From the NCBI GenBank assembly GCA_937907025.1, contig CALESJ010000035.1:5763-69762 (forward strand): a stretch of DNA of 64,000 nucleotides. Direction: 5' to 3'. Of this stretch, positions 25,012-33,679 are shown one piece after another (position 1 is the first letter of the stretch; the number at the start of each line of letters is the position of its first letter). The notes beneath the pieces are model-generated. The model saw only the letters and a program-made list of their open reading frames with translations, was not told the DNA's origin and did no database searches. Both the position numbers and the translations under genes were made by a program. This DNA comes from an uncultured Faecalibacterium sp. (GTDB lineage: Bacteria > Bacillota > Clostridia > Oscillospirales > Ruminococcaceae).

Positions 25012-25836
25012 ATGTACGAACAGCGATTGCCCATCGAGGAGTGGAAAGCCAAAAAGCAAGCCGAACTTAAAGAAACCATTGCGGCGCAAAGATCCGTATT
25101 GCAGGAAGTTGTGCAGGATGGCCAGCGCCTTGCCGACTATCTGTACGGCAGGGGGCGGCTTGGTAGTCATATCACATCCGGCAATACAGCACTTGTGCTG
25201 CAAACCCTGTCGCAAGCGCGGGCCGTATTGACCGCCAAAGACTGGGATAAATTCGGGCGACGCGTAAACAAAGGGGCAAAAGGCATCCCGCAGCTTGTGC
25301 GCGTCAACGGTTATTATAATGTCGGCTCAATTTTCGATGTGTCCATGACCTACGGCAACAAGCCGTATCCGATTCCTGAAATCAAGTCGGAGCAGATGGA
25401 CAAGGCCATCAAGGAACTGGAGCACCTTTCTCCGGTCAACATCATTTTTCAAAATGAGGGCGTTGTCGGGTACGATACCGAGCAACACGCGATTGTGTTC
25501 CCAACGGTCATGCCGCAGCGTGAAGTGCTGGCACGACTGCCCGCCGAAATCGTCATTGCAACCGCAGAGCAGCACACGCCGGGTATCTCCCAAGCGCCTT
25601 ATCTGCGAAAAACAGCAATGGCCGTTTCGGTGGAGTTTTGCGGGCGGTTTTCCCTGCCGATGCCCGATACCGCTGCCGCTACGCTGGACGGGATGGGCAC
25701 CCTCATTCCACCCGGCGAGGAACGCAAAACACTGGAAGAAATTCGGGAACTGTCTGTGACTATTGGAGACACTGTGGAAAAGGCACTCGGTTTGCAGCGC
25801 GGTCAGAGCGCACCGCAGCGGGATGAGGCCCGCTAA
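25012..25836 (+). CDS. ArdC-N-like (DUF1738-type) ssDNA-binding domain protein
   Basis: 274 aa. The motif DWDKFGRRVNKGAKGIPQL resembles the ArdC N-terminal motif. The start is adjacent to the pcfB stop. Confidence 0.5.
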   Translation: MYEQRLPIEEWKAKKQAELKETIAAQRSVLQEVVQDGQRLADYLYGRGRLGSHITSGNTALVLQTLSQARAVLTAKDWDKFGRRVNKGAKGIPQLVRVNGYYNVGSIFDVSMTYGNKPYPIPEIKSEQMDKAIKELEHLSPVNIIFQNEGVVGYDTEQHAIVFPTVMPQREVLARLPAEIVIATAEQHTPGISQAPYLRKTAMAVSVEFCGRFSLPMPDTAAATLDGMGTLIPPGEERKTLEEIRELSVTIGDTVEKALGLQRGQSAPQRDEAR

Positions 25837-25841
25837 ACATC

Positions 25842-26384
25842 ATGCGCCCGAATAAGGACCGCCGCACAGAAATTATTCTGTACGGGCTGTTGCTGATACC
25901 GCTGCTGTTTACTGCCGCAGCGCTGGCACAGGCAACTGAACAGGCACAGGGGCTGGCAGAAATCACCGCTGTACTAAGCTCTATTCTCAACAATCCTATG
26001 GCATTGAAATGGTGCGCCAGCACTCCAAAATTTCTGCTGGCGGTGCTGGTGTTTTATCCGTTGGCCGTCTACTGCTATATGCTCGACCAAGCAGACCGCC
26101 ACCCCGGCGCGGAACATGGTACGGCCAAGTGGGGCAGCGCCCACAGACTAAACATCAAGTACCGCAACACCAAAGCCCCCAAAGAAAATTACATTTTGAC
26201 CGAGAATGTACGCTTCAGCACCGACAGCCACGCGCATAAACATATGCTGAATGCAGGGAAAATCAAGGCGTTTCGCATTGGGCGCAGTTACCGCATCCCC
26301 AAGGTAAACGTAATTCGCTTTTTGCAGAACGAAACACCCGAAGATTGCAACACTGTCAATGCGATGACCGACAGTGTGGAGTAA
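25842..26384 (+). CDS. Chimeric ORF: T4SS coupling protein N-terminus fused to an excisionase-type HTH C-terminus
   Basis: Two TM helices followed by EHGTAKWGS..NYILTENVRFS, which is VirD4/TraG-like. At about codon 135 it switches to AGKIKAFRIGRSYRIPKVNVIRFL, which is Xis/MerR-type HTH. No Walker A motif is present. Confidence 0.5.
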   Translation: MRPNKDRRTEIILYGLLLIPLLFTAAALAQATEQAQGLAEITAVLSSILNNPMALKWCASTPKFLLAVLVFYPLAVYCYMLDQADRHPGAEHGTAKWGSAHRLNIKYRNTKAPKENYILTENVRFSTDSHAHKHMLNAGKIKAFRIGRSYRIPKVNVIRFLQNETPEDCNTVNAMTDSVE

Positions 26385-26450
26385 AAGGCATATATCCGCT
26401 ATCATATAGATGCCATCTATACCGTTAGATAGTCGGAAAGGAGCAACGCA

Positions 26451-27725
26451 ATGAAAACAAAAGTAACAGGCTATCTTACGCAAAAACACGGATTCTATTA
26501 TGTCGTTCTGAATCTGCCCACAGATGAAAAAGGAAAGCGAAACCGAAAAACGCTGAGTACAGGGTTGTCCACCGACCGCAATGCAACCAAGGCCAAGGCG
26601 CTGCTCCTGACGATGATCCGCGAAGCCAATGCCGGAGAGGAAGTGCGTGGTGTAAACGAGCGTCAACCCAAAAGCCAAAACAAAACGGAAGATGAAAGAT
26701 GGAATTCACCTTGGCCGGGTATGCTGTTCTCGGATTACCTTGAATTTTGGTTGCAATGGAAACGCAAAAGCTGGGAAGAAGTTACTTATTCCGGCTATTG
26801 CCAGAATGTCAGATCGTGGATTGGACCGTATTTTGCTAAACGGAAAGTACGTTTGAACGAAATCACAGTGCTGGATATTGAAATGTTCTACACACATGAA
26901 ATCAACCAGCGCGGAGTAAGCGGAAACACCGTACTTCATTACCATGCCAACATCCGCAAGGCTTTATCTGACGCGGCAAAGCTCAAATTGATTCCCTATA
27001 ACCCTGCTGCCGAAGTGGAGCGCCCAAAAAAAGACAACTTTGTTGCCAGCTATTATTCAGCGGATGAATTGATGGAAGTGCTGCCTATTTTTGCAAATAC
27101 CAAAATGGAACTTCCTGTCATGCTTGCTGCGTTCTATGGATTGCGCCGCAGCGAGGTAATCGGTCTGCAATGGTCGGCCATCGACTTTGAACGGAAAATC
27201 GTCACGATTTCACGCACCTTTGAACGCATCAATGTGGATGGCAAAATGGTGGACGTTTCCAAGTGCCGTACAAAAAACAAGGCCAGCTTCCGCAGTTTGC
27301 CTCTGATTCCCGCAGTAGAACAGGCTTTACTGAAAGCCCAAAAACGCCAGCACCAGCAAATGAAACTTTGCGGCGGCAGCTACTGCAAGGAATATAAGGA
27401 CTACATCTGCGTGGATGATATGGGTCATCTTGTGACCCCGGACTATGTGACACGGGTTTTCCGCGAAATGCTCTTGAAGAATGGTTTCCGCCCGATTCGC
27501 TATCACGATCTCCGCCACTCCTGCGCCAGCTTGCTTATCAAGAACAAAGTCACAATGAAAGAGGTACAGATGTGGCTGGGGCATTCCAGCTTTTCCACCA
27601 CGGCCAATATTTACGCCCACATCGACGTGGACAGCAAGATGGAAGCCGCGAACATGATTGCCAGCAAAATCAACCTTGGCGGACTTCCCGAAAAAAAGAA
27701 ATCTCCCAAGCAAAAAATTGCTTGA
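26451..27725 (+). CDS. Tyrosine-type site-specific integrase
   Basis: 424 aa. The motifs are GLRRSE.., HDLRHSCASLL and LGHSSFSTTANIYAH, giving the R-H-R-Y catalytic set. Confidence 0.9.
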   Translation: MKTKVTGYLTQKHGFYYVVLNLPTDEKGKRNRKTLSTGLSTDRNATKAKALLLTMIREANAGEEVRGVNERQPKSQNKTEDERWNSPWPGMLFSDYLEFWLQWKRKSWEEVTYSGYCQNVRSWIGPYFAKRKVRLNEITVLDIEMFYTHEINQRGVSGNTVLHYHANIRKALSDAAKLKLIPYNPAAEVERPKKDNFVASYYSADELMEVLPIFANTKMELPVMLAAFYGLRRSEVIGLQWSAIDFERKIVTISRTFERINVDGKMVDVSKCRTKNKASFRSLPLIPAVEQALLKAQKRQHQQMKLCGGSYCKEYKDYICVDDMGHLVTPDYVTRVFREMLLKNGFRPIRYHDLRHSCASLLIKNKVTMKEVQMWLGHSSFSTTANIYAHIDVDSKMEAANMIASKINLGGLPEKKKSPKQKIA

Positions 27726-27758
27726 GAGAACCGACAAGCCCAGCGGAGATTGAATCCG

Positions 27759-27824
27759 TTTTGTCTGCCATTTGGGGTAAAAGTGGCAGACAAAATGGCA
27801 GACAAGCCGAAATCTTGTCTGCCA
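27759..27824. repeat. Four copies of TGTCTGCCA/TGGCAGACA forming two consecutive 11-12-bp-stem hairpins (candidate arm-type sites)
   Basis: TGTCTGCCA at 27762 and 27816. TGGCAGACA at 27784 and 27796. Confidence 0.6.
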
Positions 27825-27827
27825 CAC

Positions 27828-27859
27828 AAAAAATACCTAAGCCGCTAAAAGGCTTAGGT
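27828..27859 (-). terminator. Intrinsic terminator of tRNA-Leu
   Basis: On the minus strand: ACCTAAGCC-TTTTAGC-GGCTTAGGT, then A and UUUUUU. Confidence 0.7.
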
Positions 27860-27867
27860 ATAAGGAA

Positions 27868-27951
27868 TGCCGGTGGTGGGGGTCGAACCCACACGGTATT
27901 GCTACCAACGGATTTTGAGTCCGTCTCGTCTGCCAATTCCAACACACCGGC
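27868..27951 (-). tRNA. tRNA-Leu (anticodon CAA), long variable arm
   Basis: Acceptor GCCGGTG/CACCGGC, anticodon stem ACGGA/TCCGT, loop CTCAAAA, T-loop TTCGACC. 84 nt, CCA not encoded. Confidence 0.85.
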
Positions 27952-27962
27952 AAGACTATACT

Positions 27963-27991
27963 ATTATACTGTATGCAGGCGTGAAAAGCAA
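27963..27991 (-). promoter_or_regulatory. Promoter of tRNA-Leu
   Basis: On the minus strand: TTGCTT, a 17-nt spacer, then TATAAT. It ends about 11 nt before the mature 5' end. Confidence 0.6.
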
Positions 27992-28014
27992 GTTCTTTTT
28001 TTGCCCTGTCAGGT

Positions 28015-28053
28015 ACAAAAAAGCCGCCGCCCGGACAAAAAATCCGCGGCGGC
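28015..28053 (-). terminator. Intrinsic terminator of nrdG
   Basis: GCCGCCGC pairs with GCGGCGGC, followed by UUUUUU on the minus strand. Confidence 0.65.
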
Positions 28054-28080
28054 GGTACAAACGGCAGAAATACGGTGCTC

Positions 28081-28629
28081 TCACATCTTGTGGTCGGCAA
28101 AGATGGGGTCATCTTCCCACAGCACCACATGCCCGGCCTGGCGGGTGCGGTTCAGGTCGATGATGCGCTGGTTGCCAGACCCGCGGAACCGCAGGGTGAT
28201 GTCCTTTTGCTCGGTCAGGAATTCACCGTCCACCAGCACGTCGATCAGGCTCAGCATCTCGTCGGTGACTTCGCAGCGGGCGGCGCTGGGGGCCAGCAGT
28301 TCCTTCTCGTAGCTGTTGCCGGTGTAGCACCAGATGGTCTTGTGGGGGTACAGCACCCGCACATCGTGCAAAAACGGCACCAGGGCCCGCTGGTTTTCCG
28401 GCTCGAAAGGTTCACCGCCCAGCAGGGAAAGTCCGTCGATATACTCCGGGGCCAGGCTGGCCAGAATGGCGTTGCGCACTTCCTTGTCAAAGGGCTTGCC
28501 GTAGCAGAAATCCCAGGCCACGGCGTTGAAGCAGTCCTTGCAGTGGCGGCGGCAGCCGGATACGAACAGACTGGTGCGCACTCCCTCGCCGTTGGCGATA
28601 TCACAGTATTTGATGTTGGCGTAATTCAT
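28081..28629 (-). CDS. nrdG: Anaerobic ribonucleoside-triphosphate reductase activating protein
   Basis: ATG at 28629 (MNYANIKY). The radical-SAM cluster motif is CRRHCKDCFN. Confidence 0.9.
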   Translation of the reverse strand: MNYANIKYCDIANGEGVRTSLFVSGCRRHCKDCFNAVAWDFCYGKPFDKEVRNAILASLAPEYIDGLSLLGGEPFEPENQRALVPFLHDVRVLYPHKTIWCYTGNSYEKELLAPSAARCEVTDEMLSLIDVLVDGEFLTEQKDITLRFRGSGNQRIIDLNRTRQAGHVVLWEDDPIFADHKM

Positions 28630-28662
28630 GGATGGGCCTCTTTCTCTCGGGATCAATAGATG

Positions 28663-28678
28663 ATACAATATCTTGTAG
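28663..28678. promoter_or_regulatory. NrdR-box-like palindrome upstream of nrdG
   Basis: ATACAATATCTTGTAG. It shares the exact 12-mer ACAATATCTTGT with 28923-28934. Confidence 0.5.
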
Positions 28679-28919
28679 CCGGAATGGATAACCGGCCCTG
28701 TATCTGGATAAAATCAGCTTATACAGTATACCAGCCGTCCGGATAAAGCGCAAGGGGCAATTTGTGGGAAATGGCAAAAAACAACGATACAGCGTATGGC
28801 GGAAAAAACTCGCCCATTTTTGCTAAAAATGTGGCCTCAAATTCGGCGTTTTTGCAGGCGCCTGCTTTTCGGCGTGAGAACGTCAAATGCTTTGTATTTT
28901 GGGCTTGTCTGTTGCAGCG

Positions 28920-28936
28920 GACACAATATCTTGTGG
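28920..28936. promoter_or_regulatory. NrdR-box-like palindrome abutting the nrdD promoter
   Basis: GACACAATATCTTGTGG with palindromic arms CACAA/TTGTG. It lies 10 nt upstream of the -35 element. Confidence 0.5.
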
Positions 28937-28945
28937 TCTTTGCCC

Positions 28946-28974
28946 TTGACTTTCGGGGAGGGATAGGGTAAGAT
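28946..28974 (+). promoter_or_regulatory. nrdD promoter
   Basis: TTGACT, a 17-nt spacer, then TAAGAT. Confidence 0.5.
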
Positions 28975-29088
28975 AAATGTGCTCGCCAAAGAGAAAATAT
29001 ACGTTCTGTAATATTTTCCTGGTATATCACTTATTGCATCCCCCGGCGAGAGGGGTGCTTGCCATAGAATTATTGAGGGAGAATCACC

Positions 29089-31314
29089 ATGAAGATCATC
29101 AAGCGTAACGGCAGTGAGGTCGTTTTCGACATTTCCAAGATCATCTCGGCGGTCAGCAAGGCAAACAATGTCGTGCCGGTCAACCAGCGTCTGACCAAGG
29201 AGCAGATCATTGATATTGCCGACCAGGTGCAGGCTGTGTGCGATGGCCGCAACCACGCCATGAACGTGGAAGAGATCCAGGATCTGGTGGAAAATGCCAT
29301 CATGGAATCCGGTGCGCATGAGGTCGCCCGTAAATATATCACCTATCGTTATGTGCAGAGCCTGAAGCGGACCCACAACACCACCGATGACCGCATCCTG
29401 TCCCTGATCGAGTGCAATAACGAGGAAGTCAAGCAGGAAAACTCCAACAAGAACCCCACCGTCAACTCGGTGCAGCGTGACTATATGGCCGGCGAGGTTT
29501 CCAAGGACCTGACCATGCGTATGCTGCTGCCGGCGGACATCGTGAAGGCTCACGAGGAAGGCATCATCCATTTCCATGATGCAGACTACTTCGCCCAGCA
29601 CATGCACAACTGCGACCTGGTCAACCTGGACGATATGCTGCAGAACGGCACCGTCATTTCCGGTACCCTCATCGAGAAGCCCCATTCCTTCTCCACCGCC
29701 TGCAACATTGCTACCCAGATCATCGCCCAGGTGGCGTCCAACCAGTATGGCGGCCAGAGCATCAGCCTGACCCACCTGGCTCCCTTCGTGGACATCAGCC
29801 GCAAGAAGATCCGCCGCGATGTGGAAGCCGAGATGAAGGAGCTGGGCATCGAACCCGGCGAAGAGAAGTTGTCCGAGATCGTGGAAGGCCGTCTGCGTGA
29901 GGAGATCAAGCGCGGCGTGCAGACCATCCAGTATCAGGTCGTTACCCTGATGACCACCAACGGCCAGGCTCCCTTCATCACCGTCTTTATGTATCTGAAC
30001 GAGGCCGGCGACAACCAGCGCCTGAAGTCCGACCTGGCCATCATCATCGAAGAGATGCTGCGCCAGCGCTATCAGGGTGTCAAGAACGAGGCCGGCGTCT
30101 GGATCACCCCCGCTTTCCCGAAGCTGATCTACGTTCTGGAAGAGGACAACATCCGCGAAGGCACCCCGTACTTCTACCTGACCAAGCTGGCCGCCAAGTG
30201 CACCGCCAAGCGCATGGTGCCCGACTACATCAGCGAGAAGAAGATGCGGGAATACAAGCTATCCAAGGGTGAAACCGAGGGCCACGGCGACGTGTACACC
30301 TGCATGGGCTGCCGCAGCTTCCTGACCCCCGACCGTTCCGGCAACGGCTGGGACAACGTGGCCAACGCCAAGAACTATGAGCCCGGCAAGCCGAAGTATT
30401 ACGGCCGTTTCAACCAGGGCGTTGTCACCATCAACCTGGTGGATGTGGCCCTGTCCTCCGGCGGCGACTTTGAGAAGTTCTGGAAGATCTTCGACGAGCG
30501 CCTGGAGCTCTGCCACAAGGCTCTGATGTGCCGTCACAACCGCCTGAAGGGCACCCTGTCCGACGCCGCTCCCATCCTGTGGCAGTACGGCGCCCTGGCC
30601 CGCCTGGAAAAGGGCGAGCCCATCGACAAGCTGCTGTACGGCGGTTACTCCACCATCAGCCTGGGCTATGCGGGCCTGTATGAATGCTGCAAGTATATGA
30701 CCGGCAAGAGCCACACCGACCCGGCTGCCAAGCCCTTTGCCCTGCAGGTCATGCAGCATATGAACGATGCCTGCTCCAAGTGGAAGGCCGAGTCCAACAT
30801 CGACTTCAGCCTGTACGGCACCCCGCTGGAATCCACCACCTACAAGTTCGCCAAGTGCCTGCAGAAGCGCTTCGGCATCATCCCCGGCATCACCGACCGC
30901 AACTATATCACCAACTCCTACCACGTCCATGTGGCCGAAAAGATCGACGCGTTCACCAAGCTGAAGTTTGAGAGCGAGTTCCAGCGTCTGTCCCCGGGCG
31001 GCGCCATCAGCTATGTGGAAGTGCCCAACATGCAGGATAACCTGGCTGCGGTCATCCGCGTCATGCAGTTCATCTACGACAATATCATGTACGCCGAGCT
31101 GAACACCAAGAGCGATTACTGCCAGGTCTGCGGCTTCGACGGCGAGATCCAGATCGTGGAGGACGACGGCAAGCTGGTGTGGGAGTGCCCGCACTGCCAC
31201 AACCGTGACCAGAACAAGCTGAACGTGGCCCGCCGTACCTGCGGCTACATCGGCACCCAGTTCTGGAATCAGGGCCGTACCGCCGAGATCAAGGACCGCG
31301 TGCTGCACCTGTGA
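29089..31314 (+). CDS. nrdD: Anaerobic ribonucleoside-triphosphate reductase (class III)
   Basis: 741 aa with an N-terminal ATP-cone, C-terminal Zn-ribbon Cys pairs and the glycyl-radical motif RRTCGYIG. Confidence 0.95.
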   Translation: MKIIKRNGSEVVFDISKIISAVSKANNVVPVNQRLTKEQIIDIADQVQAVCDGRNHAMNVEEIQDLVENAIMESGAHEVARKYITYRYVQSLKRTHNTTDDRILSLIECNNEEVKQENSNKNPTVNSVQRDYMAGEVSKDLTMRMLLPADIVKAHEEGIIHFHDADYFAQHMHNCDLVNLDDMLQNGTVISGTLIEKPHSFSTACNIATQIIAQVASNQYGGQSISLTHLAPFVDISRKKIRRDVEAEMKELGIEPGEEKLSEIVEGRLREEIKRGVQTIQYQVVTLMTTNGQAPFITVFMYLNEAGDNQRLKSDLAIIIEEMLRQRYQGVKNEAGVWITPAFPKLIYVLEEDNIREGTPYFYLTKLAAKCTAKRMVPDYISEKKMREYKLSKGETEGHGDVYTCMGCRSFLTPDRSGNGWDNVANAKNYEPGKPKYYGRFNQGVVTINLVDVALSSGGDFEKFWKIFDERLELCHKALMCRHNRLKGTLSDAAPILWQYGALARLEKGEPIDKLLYGGYSTISLGYAGLYECCKYMTGKSHTDPAAKPFALQVMQHMNDACSKWKAESNIDFSLYGTPLESTTYKFAKCLQKRFGIIPGITDRNYITNSYHVHVAEKIDAFTKLKFESEFQRLSPGGAISYVEVPNMQDNLAAVIRVMQFIYDNIMYAELNTKSDYCQVCGFDGEIQIVEDDGKLVWECPHCHNRDQNKLNVARRTCGYIGTQFWNQGRTAEIKDRVLHL

Positions 31315-31355
31315 TGCCAGGTCTGAATTCTCCCTGTTTTAAATTTTAAATAAGG

Positions 31356-31400
31356 AAGCCCCGCCTTTTCCGGTCGGAACCGGAGAGGGCGGGGCTTTTT
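31356..31400 (+). terminator. Intrinsic terminator of nrdD
   Basis: AGCCCCGCC pairs with GGCGGGGCT, followed by TTTTTT. Confidence 0.7.
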
Positions 31401-31467
31401 TGTGCGGGAATTTTGTGCTATACTTCCATTAAAATCCGTACATACAGCACAAGGAGAGGAACCGAAA

Positions 31468-32034
31468 ATGCAAAAAGTGACCATTGATGTGATCGTGGAT
31501 ATGCAGAATGACTTTGTGACCGGGGCCCTGGGCACCGCCGAGGCCCGGGCCATGAGCGGCCGTCTGGCGGCCGAAGCCGGCCGGGCTGCCCGGGCAGGCC
31601 ATGCCCTGTTCTTCACCCTGGACACCCATGGGGCCGATTACCTTTCCACCCGGGAGGGCAAAAAGCTGCCGGTGGAGCACTGCCTGCGCGGCACCGAGGG
31701 CTGGAACCTGGTGCCGGAGGTGGAGGCCGTGTATAAAGCGGACGACCCGGCCTGCCCGGCCAAGGTCCTGGTGGAAAAGCCCACCTTTGGCGCCAGTGAG
31801 CTGCCCGCCGCCGTGCAGAAGTTTTTAACCGAAAAGAACGCAACTGTGGAAAAGTTCCGCGTGTACGGCGTCTGCACCGACATCTGCGTCATTTCCAACG
31901 CCATGCTGCTGCGGGCATTCTTCCCCGAAACACCCATCGAGATTCTGGCCGGCCTGTGTGCCGGTGTCTGCCCGGATTCCCACGAAACCGCACTGAAAGC
32001 CATGGGCGCCTGCCAGTTTGACGTGGTGGACTGA
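31468..32034 (+). CDS. Isochorismatase-family cysteine hydrolase (nicotinamidase-like)
   Basis: ATG at 31468 (MQKVTIDVIVDMQNDF) with GGAGAGGA SD. The catalytic Cys context is GVCTDICV. Confidence 0.8.
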   Translation: MQKVTIDVIVDMQNDFVTGALGTAEARAMSGRLAAEAGRAARAGHALFFTLDTHGADYLSTREGKKLPVEHCLRGTEGWNLVPEVEAVYKADDPACPAKVLVEKPTFGASELPAAVQKFLTEKNATVEKFRVYGVCTDICVISNAMLLRAFFPETPIEILAGLCAGVCPDSHETALKAMGACQFDVVD

Positions 32035-32053
32035 CCCTTTGCCTGACGAAAGA

Positions 32054-32099
32054 AAACTCCCCGCTGCCAGGGTACTTCCTTGCAGCGGGGAGTTTGTTT
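32054..32099. terminator. Bidirectional intrinsic terminator
   Basis: AAACTCCCCGCTGC pairs with GCAGCGGGGAGTTT. Confidence 0.7.
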
Positions 32100-32112
32100 C
32101 TATGTGGGAAAA

Positions 32113-32940
32113 TTACAGGGCGCAGGGAGTAAAGCCATCCTTGCCCAGCACCTGGACATGGTCGTAGCCCAGCGCTTTCAGCTGTGCGGCGGCCTCGTCA
32201 AAGCCGAAGGTCAAAGCCTTGGACTCGTGGGCGTCGGCAGTGATGATGACCTCGCCGCCCATCTCCTTCCAGGCGCGCAGGATCGCTTCGCCGGGGAAGA
32301 AGTCGTCCCGGTATCCGCGGTACACCGAGGAAGTGTTCACTTCCAGCACGCAGCCGTTGGCAGCCGCTGCCTCCAGGGCAGTGCGGGCGGCTGCGATGTA
32401 ACGGGGGCTGTTCTCGTCAAAGAACTTGTTGCCCTTGTTGATCTTCTTGATCAGGTCAAAGTGGCCCAGAATGGTGGGCTTGTGCTCCGCTACCTGGCGC
32501 ACGTTGTCGAAGTAGGCTTCCACAACAGCCAGGCCGTCGCCGTCGAAATCGTCCTGAATGCAGGCGGCCAGGTCGGCCTCCCGGAAGTCGATTTCATAAT
32601 ACCGGCCGGTCTTGGGACCGCGCACATAGTGGGCGCTGCCGATGAAATAATCATAGGCGGTGGGGTCGTCGTCGCTGAACAGGTCCCATTCCAGTCCGCA
32701 CAGGATATCGAGCTTGCCTGCATACCGTTCCTTGAGCTTGGCCACCTGCGCCTTGTACAGGGCGGTGCGGCTCTGGGTCATGCAGTATTCGATATCACAG
32801 GGGGTGTGGCTGTGGCCGGTGAAACCCAGGGTTTTCAGCCCGGCATGCCAGGCGGTCACTGCCAGTTCCTCCAGGGTATTCTTGCCGTCGCACAGCTTGG
32901 AATGGACATGCACCGAACTCAGTTTGTATTGGTCAGCCAT
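32113..32940 (-). CDS. Histidinol-phosphatase, PHP family (HisJ/HisK type)
   Basis: 275 aa. HVHSKLCDG and GHSH are metal-binding motifs. It is the last gene of the his operon. Confidence 0.8.
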   Translation of the reverse strand: MADQYKLSSVHVHSKLCDGKNTLEELAVTAWHAGLKTLGFTGHSHTPCDIEYCMTQSRTALYKAQVAKLKERYAGKLDILCGLEWDLFSDDDPTAYDYFIGSAHYVRGPKTGRYYEIDFREADLAACIQDDFDGDGLAVVEAYFDNVRQVAEHKPTILGHFDLIKKINKGNKFFDENSPRYIAAARTALEAAAANGCVLEVNTSSVYRGYRDDFFPGEAILRAWKEMGGEVIITADAHESKALTFGFDEAAAQLKALGYDHVQVLGKDGFTPCAL

Positions 32941-32941
32941 T

Positions 32942-33598
32942 TCACTGCATCCTCTCCTGTTTTACTTTATGATCGACCACGTGGCGCTTTTCCAGCTCAC
33001 GGGTGATGTCTTCCACGGAGATGCCCAGCTCGATCATCAGCACCAGCACATGGTAGGCCAGGTCGCTGATCTCGAACACGGTTTCTTCCTTGTCGCGCTT
33101 GGAGCCCGCAATGATGACTTCGGTGCTTTCCTCGCCGACTTTCTTCAGGATCTTTTCCAGGCCTTTGTCAAACAGATAGCTGGTGTAGCTGCCTTCCTTG
33201 GGGTTAGTCTTGCGGCCCTCAATCAGGTGATACAGCCCTTCCCAGGTGAACTGCTTGAGTTCCTCCGAAACATACACCGGGTTGAAGAAGCAGCTTTCGG
33301 CGCCGGTATGGCAGGCGGGGCCGCTCTTCACGACCCCCACCACCAGGGCGTCCTTGTCACAGTCGGCGGTAATGGAAACCACCTTCTGCACATTGCCGGA
33401 GGTTTCGCCCTTGCGCCAGATCTCCTGGCGGCTGCGGGACCAGAACACAGTGCGGCCTTCCGCGATGGTCAGAGCCAGCGTTTCGGCGTTCATGTAGGCC
33501 AGGGTCAGTACTTCTTTGGTATAGTGATCCTGCACGATGGCGGGGATCAGGCCGTTCGCGTCAAATTTGAGGGAACGGGAAGTTTCGGTATATTCCAT
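32942..33598 (-). CDS. hisI: Bifunctional phosphoribosyl-AMP cyclohydrolase / phosphoribosyl-ATP pyrophosphatase
   Basis: 218 aa. The HisI motifs are [17 protein letters not shown] and ACHTG. The C-terminal half is HisE. Confidence 0.9.
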   Translation of the reverse strand: MEYTETSRSLKFDANGLIPAIVQDHYTKEVLTLAYMNAETLALTIAEGRTVFWSRSRQEIWRKGETSGNVQKVVSITADCDKDALVVGVVKSGPACHTGAESCFFNPVYVSEELKQFTWEGLYHLIEGRKTNPKEGSYTSYLFDKGLEKILKKVGEESTEVIIAGSKRDKEETVFEISDLAYHVLVLMIELGISVEDITRELEKRHVVDHKVKQERMQ

Positions 33599-33679
33599 GA
33601 GAAAAAACTCCTGCTCATTATAGATATGAGATACTTATAGTGTACAGCGCCGACGAACATTTTGCAAGAGGGGACGGGG

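Larger units (their letters stand above)
22827..27877 (+). mobile_element. Decayed integrative (conjugative/mobilizable) element remnant at tRNA-Leu
   Basis: Tyrosine integrase next to the tRNA-Leu 3' end. Relaxase, PcfB, ArdC-N-like and T4CP fragments are present. The imperfect direct repeat is AATGCTCGGTGGT (22827-22839) versus AATGCCGGTGGT (27866-27877). Confidence 0.6.

Noticed and set aside
28719-29030. ORFs 28719..29030(-), 28762..28971(+) and 28837..29775(-) in and around the nrd spacer.
   Set aside because: They have no SD and odd composition. They overlap the nrdD promoter, the NrdR-box region or the nrdD coding frame.
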